64,000 nucleotides of DNA from Cycas panzhihuaensis (taxonomy: Eukaryota > Plantae > Cycadophyta), in the NCBI GenBank assembly GCA_023213395.1, contig CM041465.1, positions 183,341,741 through 183,405,740 of the forward strand, written 5' to 3'. How positions within the stretch are numbered: position 1 is the first letter of the stretch; every line of letters begins with the position of its first letter. Under the pieces are notes generated by a model that was not told the origin of the DNA, ran no database searches, and worked only from the letters and a program-made list of their open reading frames with translations. The position numbers and the translations under genes are program-made. Below are positions 11,783-24,370 of this stretch, in pieces.

Positions 11783-14700
11783 TGTTAGAATGACAATGCA
11801 AAGATAGATGAAGAATGCTTGATGACCATTATTCAGAGCTTAAGTGATTAAATACAATTAGGGTTTGTAACTCCCCTTGAACCAACTTGTAACTGAAACA
11901 CATCTGAGTGACACGTGTCTTGTTGGTTACATAAAGATACATACATTAACCTATGACATTGGATAAAACATTACATTCTAACACCCTCTCTTAATGTTTT
12001 ATCCTATTAACCCTATTTTGTCTCTAAGTATTTGGAACTTGTCTTTTCCCAGTGGCTTGGTTAATATGTCAGCCACATGTTCATCTGTAGGGCAATAGAC
12101 AAGATCCACTTCCTTATTCTGGACCTTTTCTCTAATAAAGTGGTGTTGAACTTTAATGTGTTTAGTTCGGGCATGAAATCTCGGATTCTTGGTGAGTTTG
12201 ATGGTACTCTGATTGTCGTAGTAAAGTGTTGTTGCTCCTTTTTTAGGGTCCATTAGATCATTCATGAGTTGTCTAAGCCATACTGCTTCAGTAGCTGCAT
12301 TGACTGCTGATTTGTACTGAACTTATGTGGATGATAATGCTACAATGGCTTGTTTTTTGCTATTCCAAGATATCGATGAAGATCCTAGGAAGAAACAATG
12401 TCCGCTAGTTGATTTCTTTTGCTCCTTGTCACCTGCCCAATCTGAATCACAGAATCCTATCAACTGAAGAGATTTTTCCTTTGGAAACATCAGTTTCAAT
12501 TCTATTGTTCCTTTTAGATACCTCAAAACCCTTTTGCGTTGTTCCGTTGTTTTGTTCTTGGGTTGTGCATTTATCTTGATATCGACCTACAACATATGAG
12601 ATGTCACGCCTAGTTGTTGTGAGGTAGATGAGATCGCCAATGAGTTGTTTATACAGAGTGGCCTCAATACAAGGTTCCTTCTCATCTAGAATCAAGTTGC
12701 GCTCACTTCTATGGGAGTGGAACATGGGTTGCAATCTTCCATTCGATATTTAGTTAGCAAGTCTTTAATGTACTTGCCCTAGCACAAAGTGGTCGAATTG
12801 CTTTGTCGATCAACTTGGATTCCTAAATAGTAGTTGAGAAGCCCCAAATCAATCATCTCAAATTTGCTCTCTTGATTCTTTATACCGTATATTGATTCTT
12901 CATATCACCGTGAGAATCATATCGTCAACATATACCACTATTATAGTGATTGCACCATTCTTGTTTTTATATACGCACTTGAGTCTCGAGCTTGTTCTAT
13001 GGAAGCCATTCTTGCAGAGATGGCTGTCCGCTTTGGCATACCATGCACGGGAGCCTGTTTCACCATATAGTGCCTTTTTTAGTTTGCAGACCAAGTGCTC
13101 TTGTCCCTCTTTGACGTAACCCTCAGGTTGAGACATGTAGACTTCTTCTTCTATTTCACTATTCAGGAAGGCACTTTTCATGTCTAGCTAGTATATCTTC
13201 CAACTTTTTTGTGCTGCTAGAGCTATAACTGTTCTTACTATGTTTAGTTTAGCCACTGGAGTGAAAGTCTCTTCATAATCTACACATGTTTGTGTGTAGC
13301 CTTTTGCAACTAGCCTGGCTTTATATTTTTCTATTTTTCCATTGGGTCCCTTTTTGATTTTATAGACCCATCTACAATTCACAACCGATTTGTTGGATGC
13401 CAGTTCAACCAGCCCCAAACTGATTTTTATTATGGAATCTAGCTCAACACCCATGGCTTTTCTCCACTCAACATATTCTTTTGCTTTGGTAAATGATTGT
13501 GGTTCTACATGGTTGAACAAGGCTCTTGGTTTTTGACTCCTTGTTCTATGGGAAAGTATTTCACCTTTACCTTTCTCTATAGTTTTGAGGTACCACTTGG
13601 GAACCCTCTTTTCCTTTTTGCTTTCTTCGGTCCTTGATTCTTCTAGAGAGACTTCTTCATCCTTTGGAGTAGAGTCTAAGTGAGAACCTTGAGGTGAAAC
13701 AGACTCTTCTTAAATGTCTTCTGAAGTTATGCCGGATTCTTCTTCTGCAGGAGTCATTGGAGGAGCTATCTGAGATGTTTTCTCTATCATTTGGATTTGA
13801 CTCTCAACTTACATATACTTCGTTTGTTTTTGGATCTATACACTTGTAAGCCTTGGAATTTTTGTTGTATTCGACCATAATGCATTCCAAACTTTTTGAA
13901 TCTAGCTTTGTTCATTTTTTGTCTAGTATGTGGACAAAGGCTTGGCTACCAAATACTTTTAGCCGACTTATATCTGGCTTCCTTCCAGTCCATGCTTTCT
14001 CTGGAGTAAGATGGTCTACTGCCTTGGTTGGACTCCTATTCAATAGGTAGCAAGTCGTGCTGACTGCTTCAGCCCAATATGTTTTTGGAATATTTTTTCC
14101 ATGCATCATGCTGCGAGCCATCTCCATGATGACTTTGTTTTTCCTTCTACTACCCCATTAGATTGGGGTGTGTATGGAGTTGTGAATTGCCTTTGTATTC
14201 CATTGGCTTTGCAATATTCCAAGAAATCTTTGGAGATGTATTTGCCTCCACCATCGAATCTTATGCATTTGATTTTAGCATCAGCCTCTAGTTCAGTTTT
14301 GGCCTTGAATTCTTTGAATACATCAAAGACCTCTGATTTAGTATGCAAGAAGTAAATCCAAATATTCCTGGTTAAATCATCTATGAAGGTGATGAAGTAT
14401 CTACTTCCATTGATGGAATGTGGGGTAAATGGACCACACAAATCAGTATGGACTAGCTCTAATTTTCCATGTGCTCATCATTTACTTTCATGGAATGGCA
14501 GCCTGTGTTGTTTGTCGAACTAGCAACTTTTACATACAAAATTACTTGATGCGATTGAAGGCAAACCAATTACTAGACTTTTCTTCTTCATATTTTCTAA
14601 TTTTTTCATGGAAAGATGACCATACTTCAAATGCCACATCTTATCATTGTGACTCACTACAGTACAAGCTTTTACATAAGGAAAAATAGGATGTGATAGT

Positions 14701-16968
14701 AGCCTATACAAGTCATTGCTTTCAACCCCTTTTACAATTACATGGCAATTAATTTTCATGTCAAGGATATAACAGAATCTTTTTTCATCAAATACAGTAC
14801 TCAACCCCTTTTTTTAAAGTTGGGAGACACACAATAAGTTCATTTTTAAACCGTGCATCAAAAGTACATTTCAATTTTTTCAACCTTGGTCTTTTATTTT
14901 GATGGCAATGGTTCTAACTCCTTTAATTTCAAGGGAGTATTTGTCTCCCAATTTCACCGATTTGTCAAAAGTGTATTGTCGCAGTTTTCGAACCATTCTT
15001 CTCGACTAGTCATGTGGCGTGACGCTCCTAAGTTGATGTACCATACGTCCTTGTCTTGGTGTTGCTAGGGCAACGATGAAGGTAGTTTCCTCCTTTTCAT
15101 CATCATCATCACCAGTTTGTTCCTTAATGTAGTTCCGCATTGGTCGTTTCTCTCTCTAGATGTCTGCTTTCTTGCATTGGTATGGAAAGTGTCCTGATTG
15201 GCCACAATGATAACACACATCAAATGCCCTACAGGAACTACCAAAATGACCAATTTTACTGTAACTATAACAAATCCTCTGAGTAATATTGCAACCTCAT
15301 CCTCTTGCATCTTGCCAATGGCCTCATGATAGAGCACGACCTTCAGGAGTTCTTCCTCTTCCTCTGTTGCATCCTTTGAATCCCAGGTTCAGTCTGGAGG
15401 CAAAAGCATCCTCAAGTTCACCTGCATCCTTATATCTTTTGTTTCTTTGCTCTTGTCTTAATAGCAATCCTGTCAGAGTGTCCATTGTCATTGTTGCTAT
15501 TTCATCAATGTTAGTGATAGTGTTTATCATCACATCAAACGATTTGGGTAATTTGCTAACCATAAGTTCCACCAACTCCTGATCTGTAACTGGAGCACTC
15601 ACACTAGAAAGATCATTCCTTAGTGAAATTACTTTATGCACGAAATCAGTGACAATTTTGGACTCCTTCATGTGGAGTTTAAATAATTCTTCTTTTAAGG
15701 CTATTATCCTAGCCTTGTTCTTTTGTCCATACAAGTTCTCTAGGCATTTCAAAATACTTGTAGTGGAGTACAAATTTTCAACATATATAAGAAGGGGATC
15801 AGAAATTAATAATTTCAATATTATAACGCTTGTACTATCGCATTCTTCCCAACTGGTTTGATCAAGCCTAGCATCCTTAGGTTTGGCTTCAACCCCTGTT
15901 GCAATTCTCCAAGCATTTTTTGCTCTAAGAAGGGTCTCTATCTTTATTTTCTAAATATGGTAGTTGGTGTTAATAAGCTTATCATTATCAGAAAGAGCTA
16001 AGATAGAAGAAGCCATTTCTGAAGGAAAAACTATGTTCTGACTGCCCTAGGCCGCATTTTACGGTATGGATTGCATTTCACCGAATCAGACAGATGAAAT
16101 CGAGACCTACCTCAAATGAAAGGTCTTGATGAGTAGATTAGAGATCTGCAATTATTTATTTGAAACAGTTTCTAATTTGGAAGAAAAATGGCCCGAAATC
16201 TCTAAACAAGCGGCTAGGGTTTTTCACTATTTTACAAAAATCTCAAAAAATCTTCAATGAAAAACTTCAAGAGATCATTCACTGGAGTCATATGCTCTAA
16301 ACAAAAGATTTTGGATAGAGTTTATCCATAGATTCGATCAGATTTGAGTGAAATCTTCAGATTTCCTTCTAAACCCACACGGTTGGTAAAAGGCCAAAAA
16401 CCCCCTTCAAACGGCCTTGGATCACTTCGACGTAGAAGAGAAAAATGAAGAAGACATTGAGATCTTTGATCTGGGTGAGTTTCGTCAAACTCTGAGACCC
16501 TGAAATTTTTGAGTCTGTATGACCATACAGTTCCGTACAGGCAATTCCATACCCTTCTGGTACTTGCTTTCTTCTCTACTTCTACTTTGCTTGAGGTCTT
16601 CTTGTCTTCCTCTTGCACTCCTTCTAGTGCTTGCCTCCTTCTCTGCTTCTACTGCTTGAAGTCCTTTGTCTTTCTCCTCTACAACCTGTCCTGAAGTTGT
16701 ACTTGTCTTCCTTTCTCGATTTCATAGACTCTCTCTCAATCAGGCAGAATGACCTGCTCTAGTACCATGTTAGAATGACAATGCAAAGATCGATGAAGAA
16801 TGCTTGACGATCATTATTCAGAGCTCAAGCGATTAAATACAATTAGGGTTTGTAACTCTCCTTGAACCAACTTGTAACCGAAACACATCTAAGGGACACG
16901 TGTCTTGTTGGTTACATAAAGATACATACATTAACCTATGATATTGGATAAAACATTACATTCTAACA
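11783..16968 (-). mobile_element. Full-length but degenerate Ty1/copia element C
   Basis: 201-bp LTRs 11783-11983 and 16768-16968 (about 10 mismatches); TSD ATAAA at 11778-11782 and 16969-16973; PBS 16756-16767; PPT 11984-11994; domain order gag-PR-IN-RT-RH. Confidence 0.95.
11999..16016 (-). pseudogene. Frameshifted copia gag-pol of element C
   Basis: Fragments: gag (15324-15818), IN (CGPFTPHSINGSRYFITFIDD; TPQSNGV), RT (YKARLVAKGYTQ; VYVDDMI), RH (GFCDSDWAGD; ARTKHIKVQHHFIREKV). Confidence 0.92.
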
Positions 16969-17375
16969 ATAAAAATTGGGTCCAATCTTGCGGCTTCTAT
17001 TGGGAATTGTCGACAAGTGACCTGAATTTGCAAATGCTCATTTCTGGGACCAAGTACATGTTGTATCTTATCTAGTATTGAAGCAATCTTGGGACTTGTG
17101 TGGTGCCTCTGATGCTTGGCCTTGATCTTGTTTTGTGTTTGCACTTTTTGTCCCAGATGACATTGCTCATGGAATGAAAGGTGATGCGAATATTGAGAAA
17201 TTTTTTACAAAAAGTTATCAAGTAGTTTTGGGAGTTTGGAGAAGAATTGATCATAAGGATCATGGTTTGATGATTGCATAGCATAAGAGGGAGTGGGAGA
17301 ACTAGGGTTCTAAGGGATGATTAGCCATAGATTAAAAAGCATAGAAAATCGAGATGAAAAAGATATACTGTAGGA

Positions 17376-20300
17376 TGTTAGAATATAATGTTTTATCCTA
17401 AGATATTGAAAGGGTGATGTTATAAACCCTGACTTGTAACTCTCTTTATTTTCATGACATGTGTCATGTTCTGATATGTCGGTTACAATTCAGTTTGTAA
17501 TGGTTGTATTGATTTATGTATATTTAAGAAGACATTGTCTCAAGATAATTCAAGTGACTACATTTTCATACTCAGTTGTATTGTATCAAGGAAGTTAACA
17601 CAGTATCAGACTAGGTCAGCCTGTCTACCTGACAAGAAAATTTGCAGTTGCAGGAAGGATTCTGGATCAGATCAGAGTCAGATTGTTCTAGAACTCAAGA
17701 AAGATAAAGGACAAGGTCTAAGGAGACTGCAGAATTTATCGCAGTACGGTATTGTACGGTCTTGTACAGACTTGTATGGACACAGATTTTTCAAAGTGCT
17801 CAGATTTTGATGAAACTTAGCCAGTAGGTTCGCCTCAGTATGAACATCATTTCTTCCTTCTATTGTGAAGTCATCCAAGCTCATTTCAAGGTTGCTTTCG
17901 CTCTTTTTCAGTCCACGCGGGTTTAGAGGTTTCCTCTTCCAGGTAAATCTACTGACATAATCTGAGTATTAGTAAATCAAAGAGTTTAAGACAACTTTGT
18001 CAAATTTGGTGAAAGATTTCATGGAATCGAAGCATTTTTCTATAAAACCCTAGCAGCCCCTCTCTGGCTTTTGGGTCAAATTTCTAAAAATTTGTAGGTT
18101 GTTTTGAAAAAATAATTACAAATCTGTAATGTGCTTGCAAAGACCTTTCTTTTGAGGTATATATTGTATCAATCCATACAATTAAGATTTTATATGGATA
18201 TTTGTACAGTTGTGTGGTCAAAGTAGTCTAGAACCAACCTCTTCTTCCAATTATGGCCTCTTTAATTCTAGCCTTGTCTAATCAGGATAAATTAATAGAC
18301 TCAAACTACCATATTTGAAAGACCAAAGTAGAAACCCTTCTGAGAGCCCGAAACAAATTAGAACTTATTCACACCAACTTATGTGGACCTCTTACTCCAC
18401 TTTCAATCAATGGTTGCAAGTATTTTTTAACCTTCATTGATGATTTCACTTGAAAGATATGGGTGTACTTCCTTCACAATAAATCTCAAGTCTTTGAAAC
18501 CTTCAAAGAATTTGAAGCAAAAGTAGAGTTAGAATCAAGAGCTCATATAAAATACAACAAATCAGATGGTGGTGGGGAGTACATTTCAAAAGATTTTTTG
18601 AACTATTGTAGAATAAATGGAATACATAGATAGTTCTCAACTCCCTATACCCCTCAGTCTAACGAGGTTGCTGAAAGGAAAAGCAAGGCCATCATGGAGA
18701 TGGCTCGCTGCATGGTTTTTGAGAAACAAGTTTCAAAAACCTACTGGGTAGAAGCAGTCAACATCGCCTGCTATTTGATAAATCGGAGTCCAACAAAAGC
18801 ATTGGAGCAAATCACTTTGAAAGAGCTTGGATTGGTAAGAAACCCAGTGTGAGTCTTTTAAAAGTATTTGGATGTCAGGCCTTTGTTCATATTCCTGATA
18901 AAAGAAGATCAAAACTTGATGCAAAGAGTATAGAATGTATCATGATAGGATCCAACAAAAACTCAAAGGCTTATAAATGCATAGATCCAAAAACCAATAA
19001 GATCTATATAAGTAGAGATGTTGTGCTCAATGAAGAAGATGTTTTGGACAGCAAGCCTCCAATCAAAATAATTGAAGAGGGCCAAAAGCAACATCTCAAG
19101 AAATTAGCATGGAAGAAACTTCAGAGCTTACCACAGAAGACATCCCTCAAACATTAAAATCTTCACCAGTATCACATGAAGATTCTACGTCAGAACAAGA
19201 GGTATAGCCATCAGAAGGATCAGTCACTAAAGAGGAACCAAGGAAGGAAAAAAAAAGTGCCAAAATGGTACATCAAAACAATTGAAGAAAGAGAAAGGAG
19301 ATATATTTAGGCACAAAACTAGAAGTCAAAGACCTTAGGCACTATATAATAGTGTTGAGCCACAATCTTTTCAAGATGCAAAAGATTAGCTAGAATGGGA
19401 AACAACAATGAACTCAGAAACGCAATCAATTGCCAAAAATCAGACATGGGAACTAGTTGAACTACCTCCCAATAAACCAATAGTCAACTACAAATGGGTT
19501 TACAAAATCAAAGGAGGAGTCAATGGAAGAAGTGAGAAATACAAAGCAAGGCTTGTTGCAAAAGGTTACACCCAGACAACTGGGGTAGACTATGAAGAAA
19601 CATTTTCTCCTGTAGCAAAATTAAACACAATGCGAACAATGATTTCTTTGGCCGCTCAACAAAACTAGAAAGTTTTTCACTTAATTGTTAAAAGTGCCTT
19701 CTTAAACGAAGAACTGGATGAGGAAGTCTACATGATGCAACCAAAAGGATACATCAAGGAAGGACAGGAACACTTGGTTTGAACCTAAAAAAGGCTTTGT
19801 ATGGTTTAAAACAAGCCCCTCGAGCTTGGTATACCAAATTAGACAAACATCTATGTCAGAATGGATTTCGATGCTGTGAATCTAATTCAAGTTTATATGT
19901 AAAGAAAAGAAATGGATTGATCACTATATTTGTTGTTTATGTAGATGACATAATCCTTACCAACAACAATGATGAATCAATCAAAAATATAAAAAATCAA
20001 TTAAAAAGGGAATTTGAAATGACCGATTTGGGTCTTTTAAGTTATTATCTAGGATTGAAAGTCGAGCAACAAAAGGACTTGGTCACCTTGTCTCAATGCA
20101 AGTACATCAAAGACTTGCTAATCAAATTTCAAATGGAAAATTACAATCTGTGTGCAACACCCATGGAAGTAAATTGCAATTTGGTCGTAGATGAGGAAGA
20201 ACCTTTGGCCAAGGCCACTTTATGTAGGCAACTAATTGGCAGTTTAATCCATGTCACAACAACTAGACCTAACATATCATATTCAGTAGGTCAAGTCTCG

Positions 20301-21120
20301 AGATACATGCAGTAACCAAAAAAAAAACATTAGAAAGTTGCAAAGAGAATATTAAGATGTCTCAAGGAATAGTTGATCTAAAATTAGCGTATCCCAGAGA
20401 AAAATCAACAAAAATATCAAAATTCTATGACTCAGATTGGGCCGGAGACAAAGAGCAAAGAAAGTCCACAAGTAGTTATTGCTTCTTGCTTGGGTCAGCA
20501 ACAATTTCTTGGAACAGTAAAAGACAAACCACTGTTGCATTGTCATCAATAGAAGCCGAATACAAATTTGCAATCAACACTATAAGTGAAGTTGTATGGT
20601 TAAGACAACTTCCAGCAAATTTAGATCAATAGTAGCATGCAATAACAATTCTGAACTGCAACAACCAAAGTACCATCAAGCTAACCAAAAATCCAATTTT
20701 TCATGCAAGGACGAAGCACATAGAAGTACATCATCATTTCATAAGAGAAAAGGTTCATAATAAAGATATTGATTTGACATATTGCTCCATAGCAGAACAA
20801 GTTGCAGACATATTAACAAAACCACTTAGGAAAGATAAGTTTCAAACTCTCAAAGATAGAATAGGTTTCAAAGGGATAAAACATTAAGACATGGTGTTAG
20901 AATATAATGTTTTATCCTAAGATATTAAAAGGGTAATGTCATAAACTCTCATTTGTAACTCTCTTTATTCTCATGACATGTGTCATGTTACGAGATGTCG
21001 ATTACAATTCAGGTTTGTAACGATTGTATTGATCTATGTATATTTAAGGAGACATTGTCTCAAGATAATTCAAGTGATTACATTTTCATACTCAGTTGTA
21101 TTTTATCAAGAAAGATAACA
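17376..21120 (+). mobile_element. Internally deleted Ty1/copia element A (relative of C and D)
   Basis: LTRs 17376-17600 and 20895-21120; TSD TAGGA at 17371-17375 and 21121-21125; degenerate PBS 17601-17612; gag start 18253 fused to integrase at ~18345; RT and RH fragments. Confidence 0.95.
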
Positions 21121-23213
21121 TAGGATGTACATGAGGCTTGAAAATTAACTCGAATAGAGGTTGGGATTAGTAAGGTGTTGGTTGGACCACTTGAATTTTC
21201 TATGGAAAGAGATAGATGTGGGATCATTGATAGATGCTCATTATGCGATAAAGATTTTAATGAGTGTTCAAAAACAAGGGTAGAACTATATAAAGGATTT
21301 AATGGAAAAAAATAGTGTTGGTGGTGTATATTTGTAGGGGGTTGGGACAAATAAGATGAGTTTTGTAAGGGGTAATCATTGTAGCAGAAGGTGAAACTTG
21401 ATGACATGATGGTGGAAGGTTTAGTATAGCCTGCTGAGGAATGTTTCTAGGAGATGGAGTACATAAATATAGAATTGAGCTAGGGTAGTAAAGTGGGGTT
21501 GGGTTTTGTCTTATGAAGAAATTAGAGTTAATGTAATTAGGAGTTTGGACAACTATGGGATAAGAGAAAGAGAGTTTCTCTACCACTATTAAGTATGGAA
21601 ATGAAAGAGGACAGATGAAACTACCAAATGAAATGTGCATGTGCAAAACAGGATTGAGTACCTTATGGGATTTGCTTGGTTGTTTGGTTCCTCCTACATC
21701 CTACATAGGCTCTCCCTCAAACTCTTCCTCAGTCTCAACTAGCATCTCGTTAGATTCTTCTACAAAATGATCAGTCATTCTTTGCACCTGATCTGTCTTC
21801 AGTGCTACCGCATTGTTCCCTATGAACTTGTTCATCTTTATTTTCCTACAGGGATTCTTAGATCTCCTCATTAATGGTTTGTTCTTCCTCTTCTTCAATG
21901 GGTTCATCTACATGCTCTGCTTCTTTGACCTCTTCAATTATTACATGCACTTGCTTCCATCAATGAGCAACTACTAGGAATGAAGCTTGAAATCAAAGCC
22001 AATTGTGGGGTAATATTGATCTAGTATTACTAGACAAATTAATGAACCAATCAAGAACTTCTTCTATTAAGTACCATTGGATACATGACCCGTAAATTTC
22101 AAGCTTTGTATCTGATGATAGTCCATAATACATGTCAACCTGTTGAATCCATTGTTTAGCAATCATGCTTTCTCTTGGGGAGAAATTTTGGATGTTCTGA
22201 AGCTTTCCCGTTAAGCCAAATCTTTATACTATTTTTTCTAGGTTCTCCATTTTTTTCTTTGTCAATATGAGCTGCAACTTCAAGGATTAAAATCTCTACC
22301 ATGCATCAGTCAAAATGATACCATATGACCACTCAAATCAATCGTCTTTGAACCAGGATTCCAACAATTCAAACAAAATCAAAATCTAGTACCTGCAACA
22401 TAAGTTATCTACGAAAATGTCCAGGTCAAACTTAACATTTTTTTTTTCTTTTATTAACCTTTTTAGGGCCTCGCCCCTGGTCACGTAAAGATCACCTACT
22501 AACCAGTTGAGGACAGACTTCCACAAAAATAAAATATAAGTAAATTAAAAGAAACTATAGGGAAAAAATATATTTATCGAATATTATTGCTTGCCACTAT
22601 TAGAACTTTGTTAGCACATGTATTTCCAATGACACAATTCCGTGTGAAAGTGTTCGTTGACTGGATTTCATCCTTCGCCTGCAGAATTACGTCACTAGAC
22701 CTACTCTTAGCAAACAGCACTAGATGCACACAATGATCGTAGATTACTCATGATTGGCAGACAAAAATATGTAGATCTTGAGTATCAATGTGTAGGTAGG
22801 TTAAACGATTATTCCCCATGATCGTAAGCAGGGTATATCCTCCTTTGCGATGGATAAATCTCCTTGGCTTCACAAGTGACGGTGCATAGCAATGCTTCAC
22901 TCTAGGGTATGGATATCAATGCTTCACAGTAGGGTACATATGATGGCACAAGGTGATCTAGCATCAATCTCCACAGTAAGAATCCCCATGGTCATGATTG
23001 CATGGGTGGCATAAATATTCAACAGGCAGACAGGGTTGCAAGACATATGAATTCTTCACACAACAGATAGTTGTATCACGCTCAACTAATAGTGAACAAG
23101 GATGAAATATCGCAAAACCCTCATGCAAAGGTGCTCAACAAAGAAGATCACATAGTTTAGGTAGGCTTCAATAGTGTAGGTTTCTCATAAACCCTTAAAG
23201 GCTCTGATACCAA

Positions 23214-23691
23214 TGTAGCGATGCCCATACACAATAAGACAAAAAAGGTAATAATTGCAACAAAAGATCTCCAAAATGATAATAAATTTAGCATGCATAC
23301 ATTCATCACAATAGATTTCCACCATATAACATAAATAAATCATCCATAGAATAATATCACAACTTGCAGCAATAACATGAAACAATAATATAATGACAGG
23401 TAAAATATCCAACAACAGTAGTGCCCTCTTCGAGGCGAGGGTGCCCTCCCAATTGGCACAACATGCCCTAATGGCGCAAGGCCATCAGTCCAACAATTAC
23501 TCAATTCTCCAAGATGCTTGCAAATGAATAAGGCTCCTCTATTTATAGCCTTCTTTTTCTCTTTCTATAACTATCTCCTAATTCTCTCTCCTAAAATAAT
23601 CGACTTCATAATAAATGTACATTAAATAATTCTTCTTTTATCTTCCTAAAAATCAACTTCACCAACTTTCTCAAAATATAGGAATATAACA
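23214..23691 (-). repeat. 5' LTR of element B
   Basis: Adjacent perfect iMet PBS at 23201-23212; TSD follows. Confidence 0.9.
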
Positions 23692-23696
23692 ATAAA

Positions 23697-24370
23697 TGCA
23701 CCTGACAGCCCCGCATGCAAGAGAAGCAATAGAGAGAGAAACCAGTAGACAAGCATGGAAGCACTTAGCATGCTCAACCTAGCACTGGACAACAACAAAT
23801 CTCAGCTTCCAAACATGAGAGGGTCCTTGCTAAAAACCTCTGAGCCACCACCACCTTAAAAGCACACATCCATTCCATAATCTTAGTATTGTCCCTCAAG
23901 GATAGATCAAACATATCAAAATCAACCCATTGAGCATCCACTGCTCACCACATTGTCCAAGCCTCTCAAGCATGATCCTTGCAAACCCTAACAACCTTCA
24001 TCTCGCCCCTCCTACTCTCTCACAACCACAAAAGCTTTAAAATGCCTCTTGTCTTCGTACTTTAGAGGCTAATTTCTATCTTATAACATAACCACAATTG
24101 AAAACAATGTCGCAAGCTTGCCTATATCATCCCTATTTGCACCCAATATAACATCACAAAGTCAACAATGACATTCCTCCCAAGCACTATAAGCAACCTC
24201 TATCAAGTATACTCCAATGGGCTAACTAGATGTCCATGCAGACACACAAAAGCATCTTCCAATGGCCATACTTCATGTGCCCTATGCCCCATGTCCAAAT
24301 ATGACTATCGCGACTCCAAAGTTCTTCTCGATTTAGATGCAATGGTACTAACAAATGTGTGTGAGGAGAA
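23697..24370 (+). mobile_element. Possible decayed LINE endonuclease relic (also 4128-4800)
   Basis: Words resembling the APE N-terminus (AS.NMRG....LKAHIHS...IV.LK; SLFAPN), read across frameshifts. Confidence 0.3.

Larger units (their letters stand above)
11213..23691 (-). mobile_element. Non-autonomous Ty3/gypsy (chromovirus-like) element B, host to insertions C and A
   Basis: LTRs 11213-11670 and 23214-23691; TSD ATAAA at 11208-11212 and 23692-23696; PBS 23201-23212; PPT 11671-11683 with chromovirus-like 3' end. gag remnant KLEHPKF..AKQWIQQL..YYGL at ~22050-22250; chromodomain-like PKIASILDK..LQIQV..FPIEAA at ~16980-17100; no RT/IN core. Confidence 0.85.
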
